Positions 10,188 to 18,842 of a stretch of 64,000 bases of DNA are shown here, one piece after another. This DNA is from Oceanispirochaeta sp. (GTDB lineage: Bacteria > Spirochaetota > Spirochaetia > DSM-2461): positions 96,001 through 160,000 of the forward strand of contig CAXXXD010000004.1 in the NCBI GenBank assembly GCA_963663385.2. Direction: 5' to 3'. The notes below the pieces were generated by a model, which had not been told where the DNA came from, made no database searches, and was given only the letters and a program-made list of their open reading frames with translations. A program made the position numbers and the translations under genes. Numbering within the stretch: position 1 is the stretch's first letter; every line of letters starts with the position of its first letter.

Positions 10188-11564
10188 TTATTTCAGGTAA
10201 CCCAGATATTCAGACTGAAGTGACATCATGACGTTAAGCGTCTTTTCTGCGGCAGAGACATTATCAATAACCGGATCAACGAGTAGGGCCTGAAGGGCCA
10301 AGCCTTTTGACCGGTTGAGGATGGCTTCTACTGTCAGTTCCGATACATAAACCTGATTATTCAGCAAACCGGCAAACCCGGTTGGGATCTTACCCAGTTT
10401 GTTTCCGTGAATCCCCCCGGCATCAATTGTTGCCGGAACCTCGACAACGGCATGAGACGGCATATTCTCGATAAAACCGTCATTCAGCATATTGACAGCC
10501 ATTTCAGAGTGCCCGGAATTTGTGACAATACCTTCAATAATAGGGATGTCCCGCCAGTACTCAATTTCCATGGGTCCTTTAATGCGGGATTCTGGCACTT
10601 GTTCCAGACACCATTTGCGGTAAAAAGTGTAAAAATCCAGAATGCCTTCGTGGTCGACCACCGAATAGGCCCAACTTATATACTCACCGAGATGGCTGTC
10701 CGTCGTTATGGGAAAAAGGCCGAACTTATCAAGAATGACTTTGAACAGCTCTCGTTCGGGCCATATTTTAATACGATCGTCTCTTCTTTCGTCGGTAGCG
10801 CCTTTTTCTGTCAGGGCTGACCTGAGCAGTTCTTTTGTAGCACCCAGATTTTCATAGGAACCTTCCGGAAGGGATTCAAAGTAGGCGGCAGCTTTCTCTC
10901 TGATCTCAGGATAGGCATCTTTTCCTGTATCTTTGTAGACGGCCTCAAGCAGTACGCTGAAATGATTTAAACCGCCTGCTTTCACAGATAGGTTATCCCA
11001 GGTTGTATTCAGTATTTCAGGTAGATGTTCCATAAGGGAAACCACTTCGTGGCAAAGCCCGATAGCCTTTAAATCAGGGAATTTTGTATTAATGGCCTTT
11101 GTAATACGAGTCATCGGATTGCTGAGATTGAATACCCAGGCATCAGGACAAATCCGGCTGATATCTTCGCAAATATCAAGAATGGGAGGAATGATTCTGA
11201 GTGAGTGGAAGAGTCCGCCGGCACCTCCGTTTTCCCCGTACACCTGATGAATGCCGTGCTGCTGTGGTATGTGCCAGTCCTGTTCCCACAATTCATAGCG
11301 GTTTCCCACTTCAATGGCAATTATACAGAAGTCGGCATTTTGCAAAGCTTCTTTTCTGGATGTTGTGGCTTCCAGAGTATATTTGAGAGAATTGTCATTC
11401 ATATAGCGTCTGGCTACATTTTCAACTTTTGATAATGCAGTTTCATTGATGTCATGCAGCATGATAGTAGAGCCTTCCAATGCTCTGCTCTTGAATATAT
11501 TTCCGACAGAACCAAGGCCGAACATGGCGCTGCCGGCTCCTATAAGAACGATTTTATTCGACAT
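10188..11564 (-). CDS. Family 4 glycoside hydrolase (NAD+/Mn2+-dependent alpha-glycosidase)
   Basis: IVLIGAGS Rossmann motif, GENGGAGG, SNPM, GLCHE, GLNHF; SD AGGAG before ATG 11564. Confidence 0.9.
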   Translation of the reverse strand: MSNKIVLIGAGSAMFGLGSVGNIFKSRALEGSTIMLHDINETALSKVENVARRYMNDNSLKYTLEATTSRKEALQNADFCIIAIEVGNRYELWEQDWHIPQQHGIHQVYGENGGAGGLFHSLRIIPPILDICEDISRICPDAWVFNLSNPMTRITKAINTKFPDLKAIGLCHEVVSLMEHLPEILNTTWDNLSVKAGGLNHFSVLLEAVYKDTGKDAYPEIREKAAAYFESLPEGSYENLGATKELLRSALTEKGATDERRDDRIKIWPERELFKVILDKFGLFPITTDSHLGEYISWAYSVVDHEGILDFYTFYRKWCLEQVPESRIKGPMEIEYWRDIPIIEGIVTNSGHSEMAVNMLNDGFIENMPSHAVVEVPATIDAGGIHGNKLGKIPTGFAGLLNNQVYVSELTVEAILNRSKGLALQALLVDPVIDNVSAAEKTLNVMMSLQSEYLGYLK

Positions 11565-11624
11565 ATGAACTCCTGAAATACACATAGATAGTAATATCTA
11601 CTCGATTAAATATAAGGTTTATAC

Positions 11625-11644
11625 AGATGTTAGCGTTAACATCT
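11625..11644. promoter_or_regulatory. LacI-family operator
   Basis: Near-perfect palindrome AGATGTTAGCGTTAACATCT in the divergent intergenic region. Confidence 0.75.
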
Positions 11645-11780
11645 ATAATGTTAATAGTGGTTTGTTTAATTTGTCAATAGGGAATATAAAATTAAATAAA
11701 GCGGAATGGATTTATTTAATTTCTTTATATAAATAAGATAAAAGATATAATAAAAAAGTAAAAAGTGTTTTTCTAAAAAA

Positions 11781-11811
11781 TGTTAGCCTTAACAATGTGT
11801 TAGCCTTAACA
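11781..11811. promoter_or_regulatory. Tandem LacI-family operators (likely autoregulatory)
   Basis: TGTTAGCCTTAACA twice (11781-11794 and 11798-11811) just upstream of the LacI-type gene. Confidence 0.7.
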
Positions 11812-11872
11812 TTTGATTATCCTTTCAGTATAGGTTATTATGTATACAATGCAGGAAAGGAGAGTAAGAGAA

Positions 11873-12874
11873 GTGTCCTCTCAACAAGATGTAGCAATTT
11901 TAGCCAATGTTTCTTTAATGACAGTATCAAGAGTTATTAATAATTCTCCCAGTGTGAAAGCATCTACAAGAAAAAAAGTATTAAAGGCAATAGATAAACT
12001 GGATTATGTTCCCAATGCTACGGCGAGAGCGTTAAACACAGGTAAAACTAGAAATATAGGTGTGATATTTCCTCATACAGAATATATTTTTTCACACCCG
12101 TTTTTTGTCGAACTGTCAATTGCTCTTGAAGAACAGTTAGGCAGAAGGGGGTATCATCTGTTTCTTGGAATGAACAGAACAGGTGAAGATAGTAAGCAAT
12201 CAACCAATCTACTCTCTGAGAAGAAAGTCGATGGTATTATTCTGATAGCTCCTGTTATGGAAGAACCTGTCATAGAGAAGCTGAAAAAAGCCAAACTGCC
12301 CTTTCTTTTATTAAATGGAAGAGGTGAAGATAATGAAGTCTTCGTCGATACGGATAATATTGAAGGCACTAAGCTTTTAATGAACCATCTTTTTAAACTC
12401 GGTCACAGGAAAATAGGTTTTGTAACAGGAAATATGTCTGAAAGAAATGCCAATGACAGATATTATACTTATATCAATGAGTTAAAAAACAGGGGTATCC
12501 CCTTTGATAATAAACTAATCTACCGGGGCGATTGGACAATTGAGTCAGGCTACAATGCCTTCAACACAATCATAGAAAGAAACAGCGATCCTACAGCTAT
12601 TCTTTTTTCCAATGACCAGATGGCTATAGGCGGTATCAGAGCCGCTTTTGAAAAAAATATATTTATTCCTGAAGATATATCGATCTGCGGGTATGATAAT
12701 ACGAAATATTCCCGGTTTTCCGTGCCCTCTCTGACAACAATACATCAACCTCTTACTACTCTGACAGAAAAAGCAACAGAACTGATAATAAAGCAAATTG
12801 AGGGTAACGTTTCTGAGGGGAATGTAATAATTTCTCCCGAATTGAAAATCAGACAGTCTACAAGGCAGTTGTAA
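11873..12874 (+). CDS. LacI-family transcriptional regulator
   Basis: DVA..ANVS..TVSRVIN HTH, YVPN..ARAL hinge, LTTIHQP; likely GTG start at 11873 (ORF open from 11840). Confidence 0.93.
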   Translation: MSSQQDVAILANVSLMTVSRVINNSPSVKASTRKKVLKAIDKLDYVPNATARALNTGKTRNIGVIFPHTEYIFSHPFFVELSIALEEQLGRRGYHLFLGMNRTGEDSKQSTNLLSEKKVDGIILIAPVMEEPVIEKLKKAKLPFLLLNGRGEDNEVFVDTDNIEGTKLLMNHLFKLGHRKIGFVTGNMSERNANDRYYTYINELKNRGIPFDNKLIYRGDWTIESGYNAFNTIIERNSDPTAILFSNDQMAIGGIRAAFEKNIFIPEDISICGYDNTKYSRFSVPSLTTIHQPLTTLTEKATELIIKQIEGNVSEGNVIISPELKIRQSTRQL

Positions 12875-12954
12875 TCATTACTATAATGAATTGTTTCTAT
12901 TAAGAGGGAGCTTTTGTTGAACGGAGCAGCATATTTGCTCCGCAATATTGGCTT

Positions 12955-13248
12955 TATTGAAATCCCCCTGTATTTTATGAATATTTTAGAAAAATGATGG
13001 CGGTCGCCGAATTCCAATGATTCGGCGATTGTCTCAATGGAATCTTCCCCGTGATCCAGGCGGATGCATGCGTCTTCAATACGGCGGTAGTTAATATACC
13101 GGCCCGGACTCTGTCCCGGTTTTCCTGTAAAGAATTTTTCAGTACGGCTCAGGGACAGGTTGGCTATTTCCGACAGGCTTTCGTTTCTGTGAGTGAAACG
13201 GGAGACCTTCTTCGATGGTATCCGGTACAATGGCAATTCTGTTCTCAT
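12955..13248 (-). pseudogene. Remnant of an AraC-family regulator (C-terminal HTH only)
   Basis: SLSEIANLSLSR...GQSPGRYINYRRIEDACIRL...SIETIAESLEFGDRHHFSKIF; no N-terminal domain; frame runs into non-homologous sequence antisense to the LacI gene; ends approximate. Confidence 0.6.
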
Positions 13249-13286
13249 TTATGAAAAAAGTCTCTGTTTAAGAGCCCCGAAATATA

Positions 13287-13314
13287 TTGACACTCTCGGA
13301 TTTTCAGTTATATT
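13287..13314 (+). promoter_or_regulatory. sigma70-like promoter of leader copy 1
   Basis: TTGACA-N16-TATATT; very similar to the promoter at 55595-55622. Confidence 0.7.
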
Positions 13315-13332
13315 GGGAGCTAATATTTAACT

Positions 13333-13483
13333 GGCAGACTAAGGACCCTTAATGCTAACGGTGTCTGCTTATATCTTGATTTAATGAGGTGTAGGTAGTA
13401 AATGCAAGGTGTCCGGACTGCAGGGAATTCCCTCACCGGGACGTACTGGAATTCTGCCTTACCTTCTGTAAAAGGCAGAGTTT
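13333..13483 (+). ncRNA. Conserved structured 5' leader, copy 1 (candidate riboswitch/translational attenuator)
   Basis: GCAGAC-TAAGGACCCTTAATGCTAACGGT-GTCTGC core repeated at 55640 and 60052; alternative helix and SD-sequestering hairpin downstream. Confidence 0.75.
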
Positions 13484-14509
13484 ATGAAAAAAGTAGAAAA
13501 AGGTTTTATCTTTACCAGTTCCGCGTATGTTCTGAAGAACAGTCAGGTCAGATATTACGATTCCATAGAGAAAAATCCGGTTGTAGGAGATGTGGTTTAT
13601 GGAGAAATCTGTCATATAGGCCAGCATTCCAGTCTGGAGAATAAATCCGGTCGAATCCATCAAATCCATAATGGCAGCCGGGCTCTTTTTGTCTTCGGTA
13701 ATCGATACGCTCCGGACTATTATGAGGCTTTTGTACCCGACAGTTTTGAGCCGGAAGTGGATCTTCATGCCCGCAGCGGATTAATCGGTACCGTAAAAAC
13801 AAAAAACTCCCTGATCAAGGATCCATCGAGGGTTAGAATCCTGGGGTATCTCTGTGACGAAAGCGGTAAGGTTATCAACACAAGAGATTATCCTCTGATT
13901 GTGCCCAGAAAAAAGGAAAAGGTGTTCCCCCGGTCAAAGATGATTCTTGTCTGCGGAACTGCCATGAATTCCGGAAAAAGCGTATCCGCCGCTTCTATCT
14001 GCTGGGCCCTGTCCAGGATGGGCCATACGGTCAAAGGATCCAAAATCACGGGAACCGCAAGCCTGAAAGATATTCTGCACATGAATGATGCGGGAGCCGA
14101 TTCATTTTCCGACTTCACATACCTTGGATATCCCACAACCTATATGCTTGATGAAAAAGAGATTGTGGAGGTGTTCAATCATATAGATCTTAAATACGCA
14201 AACAATCCGCAGAATTACTGGGTTGTGGAATTTGCCGACGGAATCAACCAGAGGGAAACGGAAATGCTGTTAATGCATCCCGATGTCAGGAAGAGAATAC
14301 ACAAGCTGGTTTTCTGTGCCAACGATGCTTTCGGTGCAATAGGAGGCGTAAAGTATCTAAAGGAAAAGATAGATCTTACGCCTGATCTGATTTCCGGAGT
14401 CTGTACAAGTTCACCTCTGCATATGCGGGAGCTGAGCAAAGTTACAGATATTCCTATTTTTGATAATATGAATATTAACATTGAAGAGATTAGAGAGAAA
14501 ATAGTCTGA
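13484..14509 (+). CDS. DUF1611-related P-loop-like protein
   Basis: GNRYAPD, VCGTAMNSGKS, KITGT, VVEFADGINQRET; family assignment from recalled motifs. Confidence 0.65.
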   Translation: MKKVEKGFIFTSSAYVLKNSQVRYYDSIEKNPVVGDVVYGEICHIGQHSSLENKSGRIHQIHNGSRALFVFGNRYAPDYYEAFVPDSFEPEVDLHARSGLIGTVKTKNSLIKDPSRVRILGYLCDESGKVINTRDYPLIVPRKKEKVFPRSKMILVCGTAMNSGKSVSAASICWALSRMGHTVKGSKITGTASLKDILHMNDAGADSFSDFTYLGYPTTYMLDEKEIVEVFNHIDLKYANNPQNYWVVEFADGINQRETEMLLMHPDVRKRIHKLVFCANDAFGAIGGVKYLKEKIDLTPDLISGVCTSSPLHMRELSKVTDIPIFDNMNINIEEIREKIV

Positions 14510-14511
14510 AA

Positions 14512-14997
14512 ATGGACACGATGCTGAAAGCGCCTGCTCTTTGCAGCAACCTTGAGCTTGAGCAGTTTAAAAAACTGCTATGTTTGCGTCCCGAGATTGA
14601 TTCCAGAACCATTGAAAGGAGAATCCTGAAGGCTCATACACTGGCTTTTGCTTATGTGGAATCCGTTCTTGTCGGCATCGGGGCTGTTAAATTCGCTAAA
14701 CCGGGTTTCCGTCGCAGAGTTCTGGAGGGACAGAAAGTCCGTCTTCTGGAGGAACTCCCCGACAGGGAACTGGGCTGGCTTTATGTAAAAGAGGATTTCA
14801 GGGGAAGGGGGATCGGATCGGTTCTTTCCTCCGATCTGATTGGAGTTCTGAAGAATAGTCAGGCATATGCATTGACGGATTCTGAAAATCCTGTGACGGG
14901 AAAAATGCTCAGTTCCGGAGGTTTTTTTCAATGCGGCGAGATTCTTCTGGCGAATCACCCGTCCTATTTCCTCTATTTAAAAGACAGCACCCCCTAA
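14512..14997 (+). CDS. GNAT-family N-acetyltransferase
   Basis: ELGWLYVKEDFRGRGIGS acetyl-CoA-binding motif A. Confidence 0.8.
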   Translation: MDTMLKAPALCSNLELEQFKKLLCLRPEIDSRTIERRILKAHTLAFAYVESVLVGIGAVKFAKPGFRRRVLEGQKVRLLEELPDRELGWLYVKEDFRGRGIGSVLSSDLIGVLKNSQAYALTDSENPVTGKMLSSGGFFQCGEILLANHPSYFLYLKDSTP

Positions 14998-15208
14998 TAG
15001 AAACAAGGATATTCAGGATTGTGGGCTATTCCGGAAATGTACTTCCTGCAGGGATGCATAACGGATGTTTGAACTGCCCCTGGTTTTCCGGCCTGAAAAG
15101 CGGATCCACAGGCATTTCAGGAGTAATAAGCAGTTAGCTGAATAAAAAACGACCCCATAAAAAAAAATGCCTCTTTTCAATTCAGCAGAAGTGATTTGAA
15201 ATTGTTTC

Positions 15209-16156
15209 ATGCACAATATTCAAATGACAAAGAGCCGAACAGCGTCGTCTTTCACCACCTGCAAGAGGCATATTAAACGGCAATGGCAGTTTTATTTAAT
15301 CATACTGATGCCTTTTGCCTATATAGTTGTCTTTCATTACCTTCCCATGGCCGGTCTTCAGCTGGCTTTTAAAAGATACAGCCTTTCCGAGGGGATCTGG
15401 GGAAGCAAATGGGTCGGGCTGCGATACTTCAAGCAGTTTTTCTCGTCTCCCTCCAGTCTTCAGATTATCTGGAACACATTCAGTTTGAGCTTGTATTCCA
15501 TTATCGCCGGGTTCCCCTTTCCCATCATCCTGGCTGTTCTTCTGAATGAACAGAGAAATGCCAGGGTGAAGAAGTTTTCGCAAATGGTGACCTATGCTCC
15601 CTACTTTATTTCAACAGTCATTATGGTGGGGATCCTCTTTCAGGTTCTGGACCCGAGGATGGGGATTTTCAACAAAGTCCTTACGACTATGGGGCATGAA
15701 CCTGTGGACTTTCTGGCTAATCCCAATTGGTTCAAATCCCTGTATGTGTGGTCTGGTGTCTGGCAGTTAACCGGATACGGATCGATTATTTACCTGGCAG
15801 CCCTTGCCGGGGTAAGCCCGGAGCTGCATGAAGCCTGCCGAATCGACGGAGGCAATCTTTTCCATAAAATCTGGCATATAGACCTTCCTTCCATCAAACC
15901 TACTATAATCATCCTGCTGATTATGAATATGGGGCAGGTCATGAGCGTCGGGTTTGAAAAAGTATTCCTCATGCAGAACCCTGTCAATCTGGAGCAGAGT
16001 GAAATCCTGTCGACCTATGTCTATAAAACCGGTCTGGTCAATGCAAACTTCGGTCTTTCCACAGCCATCGGTCTATTTAACTCCCTGGTCAATCTGGTCC
16101 TGATTCTCACTTTCAACAAACTGGCTAAAAAATGCGGAGAAGTAAGTTTATGGTAG
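15209..16156 (+). CDS. Oligosaccharide ABC permease (LplB-like)
   Basis: WVGLRYF, PYFISTV, ELHEACRIDG. Confidence 0.9.
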   Translation: MHNIQMTKSRTASSFTTCKRHIKRQWQFYLIILMPFAYIVVFHYLPMAGLQLAFKRYSLSEGIWGSKWVGLRYFKQFFSSPSSLQIIWNTFSLSLYSIIAGFPFPIILAVLLNEQRNARVKKFSQMVTYAPYFISTVIMVGILFQVLDPRMGIFNKVLTTMGHEPVDFLANPNWFKSLYVWSGVWQLTGYGSIIYLAALAGVSPELHEACRIDGGNLFHKIWHIDLPSIKPTIIILLIMNMGQVMSVGFEKVFLMQNPVNLEQSEILSTYVYKTGLVNANFGLSTAIGLFNSLVNLVLILTFNKLAKKCGEVSLW

Positions 16157-17046
16157 GCAGCTCAATTAAACAGAGCCGGCAGAGCCGGATAATCAACATT
16201 GTTTTAACGTCTTTACTGCTTGCAGGCACTGTTATAGTCCTCTGGCCTCTTATTTACATTATCAGTGCGTCATTTTCGAGTCCCCGGGCTGTGATCTCCG
16301 GAAAAGTCTGGCTGTATCCCATAGAACCCACTCTGAGGGGATACGCGGCGGTTTTTAAAAATCAGAATATCATGTCGGGTTTTGCCAACTCCTTTTTCTA
16401 TCTTTCCGTGGGAACTGCGGTCAATATCGCATTTACCATTCTGGCGTCCTATCCCCTTAGCCGTAAGGAATTTAAAGCCCGCGGTATTTTTACCGCCCTG
16501 TTTGTATTCACAATGCTTTTTTCCGGCGGATTGATTCCCCTGTATCTGGTGGTTAAAAACCTGGGGCTCCTCAATACAAGAGCCTCCCTGATTCTCCCCT
16601 CGGCATTATCGGTCTGGAACCTGATTATTACACGGACCTATATGCAGATGACCATCCCGAGTGAAATGTATGAAGCCGCCATGATTGATGGCAGTGATGA
16701 TTTTACATTCCTCTGGAAAATGGTTATCCCCCTGTCCGGCCCCATTCTGGCTGTCATGACACTCTATTACGGGGTCAGCCACTGGAACCGGTATTTTGAG
16801 GCTCTTATCTTTCTGAAAACAAAATCATTGTACCCGCTGCAGCTCGTTTTGCGCAGTATTCTGGTTTCAAACGAAATCGATCCGATGATGATTGCCGATG
16901 TGGATGAAATGATCCGTAAGCAGGGGTTGGTCGACCTGTTGAAATACTCGACCATTGTCGTAGCCAGCGTGCCAGTGTTATGTATTTACCCTTTTGTCCA
17001 GAAATATTTTGTAAAAGGCGTAATGATCGGTTCGCTGAAAGGTTGA
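16150..17046 (+). CDS. Oligosaccharide ABC permease (LplC-like)
   Basis: FSGGLIPLY, EAAMIDG, YPFVQKYFVKGVMIGSLKG. Confidence 0.9.
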   Translation: MVGSSIKQSRQSRIINIVLTSLLLAGTVIVLWPLIYIISASFSSPRAVISGKVWLYPIEPTLRGYAAVFKNQNIMSGFANSFFYLSVGTAVNIAFTILASYPLSRKEFKARGIFTALFVFTMLFSGGLIPLYLVVKNLGLLNTRASLILPSALSVWNLIITRTYMQMTIPSEMYEAAMIDGSDDFTFLWKMVIPLSGPILAVMTLYYGVSHWNRYFEALIFLKTKSLYPLQLVLRSILVSNEIDPMMIADVDEMIRKQGLVDLLKYSTIVVASVPVLCIYPFVQKYFVKGVMIGSLKG

Positions 17047-17095
17047 TGTTTATCCCGGTATTTCCGGGGAAAAATATAACGATTAGGAGAGAAAA

Positions 17096-18763
17096 ATGAA
17101 AAAACTGGCTTTATCTTTTGGGTTGTGCCTGCTGTCCGCGGCTCTGTTTGCCGGTGGCTCACAGGACACATCATCAGCACTAAAGGCTGAGTTGACACCA
17201 AGAGGAACCTATCCGATTGTTACAGAAAAGATTGAACTTTCTGTATTCACCCCGGCCGATGGCGCTGTTATCGATTTTGAGACCAATGAGTTTACCAGAT
17301 GGCTCGAAGACAAGACAAATATCCATATCAATTTCGAAGTCAGCCCTGAGGATGCTGTTAAAGAGAAGATCACTCTGCTCCTGGCAAGCGGGGATTATCC
17401 GGATATCTTTATGAGAACCTATATTAATATGACGCCCGATCTGGAGGCCCGTTACGGCATTGAAGAGAAAATCTTCCTTCCCTTGAACGACCTGATCGAA
17501 TCCAGTGCTCCCAACCTGAAAAAACAGTTTGATATAAATCCCGATCTTAAGGGAATGATTACCCACATTGACGGGAACATATACAGCCTCCCCAGAATCA
17601 ATGACTGTTTTCACTGCAGAATGCCTATCAAAATGTGGGTTAATAAGACCTGGCTTGATAAAGCCGACATGGATATTCCGGAAACAACTGATGAGTTTTA
17701 TGCCATGCTCAAGTACTTTAAAGAGCATGATATGAACGGGAACGGCGACCCTGATGACGAGATCCCCTTTGCCGGCGCCAGAGAACGGGAAGGCTGGTAC
17801 GAAACACTGGACTCATTTGTCATGAATTCATTTATTCAGGACAATGGCGATAATCTGAGACTCCTGGAGCATGATGGTAAAATCTTCAGTATAGCCAATA
17901 CGAATGAGTACAGGAACGGCCTTGAGTACCTGACCAGACTGTATGACGAAGGCTTGATTTACGGCCCCTCCTTTACCCAGAAGCATGAACAGCTGAGGCA
18001 GCTCGCCAACCTTCCCGATGTTCTGATAGGCGCTTTCCAGGCCGGCCATAACCAGATGCTTCTCAATGCGGCTTCCGATATGGACCGGTATGTCCAGTAT
18101 GTGCCTATCGCTCCCCTTGAAGGTCCTGCCGGAGTCAGACAGCCCGCCTATTTTCCCGACAGTGCCTACAGAACCGGACAATTTGTCATAACAGATAAGT
18201 GCGAGTCTCCCGAAGCCGCCATGCGCTGGATTGATACATTCTACAGCATCGATACGGCGATCCGGGAATCCGAAAGGGGAGGAATTGAGGGAATCCACTT
18301 CCGCTGGGCTGAATCTGGTGAAATAGGTATGAATGGGGAACAGGCTCTCTATGAAACCCTGGTTCCGCCGTCTATTGAGCCCCAGAATTACAACTGGCAG
18401 AACGGATCGTTTTACCCAAGTGAATTCCGTCTCGGTATGGTAACCGACCAGTCCATCGATCCCTACTCTGAATACGGGCTTGAAAAGCTGCTGTTCCAGA
18501 CCACGAAAGACCTGTACGAACCTTACATCAATCCTGATACCCGGATTGCTCCGACTCTCAAACTGACAACGGATGAAGCGGAACAAATCAGCACAATCAA
18601 AGTCGAGCTGCAGAATTATATCGAATCTTCCAAAACCAACTTTATCATGGGCAGAAACAGCCTTGATAATGAATGGGCGCAGTATCTGGCCGGATTAAAC
18701 AGAATCGGGCTGAATGATTACATCGAAATCATGCAGAAGGCTTATGACAGACAGTTTAAATAA
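17096..18763 (+). CDS. Oligosaccharide ABC substrate-binding protein
   Basis: Signal peptide LFAGGSQD; LLASGDYPD; DMNGNGDPDDEIP. Confidence 0.88.
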   Translation: MKKLALSFGLCLLSAALFAGGSQDTSSALKAELTPRGTYPIVTEKIELSVFTPADGAVIDFETNEFTRWLEDKTNIHINFEVSPEDAVKEKITLLLASGDYPDIFMRTYINMTPDLEARYGIEEKIFLPLNDLIESSAPNLKKQFDINPDLKGMITHIDGNIYSLPRINDCFHCRMPIKMWVNKTWLDKADMDIPETTDEFYAMLKYFKEHDMNGNGDPDDEIPFAGAREREGWYETLDSFVMNSFIQDNGDNLRLLEHDGKIFSIANTNEYRNGLEYLTRLYDEGLIYGPSFTQKHEQLRQLANLPDVLIGAFQAGHNQMLLNAASDMDRYVQYVPIAPLEGPAGVRQPAYFPDSAYRTGQFVITDKCESPEAAMRWIDTFYSIDTAIRESERGGIEGIHFRWAESGEIGMNGEQALYETLVPPSIEPQNYNWQNGSFYPSEFRLGMVTDQSIDPYSEYGLEKLLFQTTKDLYEPYINPDTRIAPTLKLTTDEAEQISTIKVELQNYIESSKTNFIMGRNSLDNEWAQYLAGLNRIGLNDYIEIMQKAYDRQFK

Positions 18764-18791
18764 CAGAGATCACAAATAATACGGATTTTCT

Positions 18792-18817
18792 GCGGCGGTT
18801 TCTATTAAAACCGCCGC
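18792..18817 (+). terminator. Hairpin downstream of the SBP gene
   Basis: 10-bp stem GCGGCGGTTT/AAACCGCCGC. Confidence 0.6.
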
Positions 18818-18842
18818 TGTCTTGTTCCGGAATGGAGGAATT

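Noticed and set aside
13352..13360. GCTAAC(A) in the leader loop resembles a half-site of the LacI operators
   Set aside because: No second half-site or central-CG palindrome, and the downstream genes are unrelated to the sugar locus
13402..13644. 80-aa ORF overlapping leader 1 and the DUF1611-like gene
   Set aside because: Out-of-frame overlap with a well-supported CDS; no recognisable motifs
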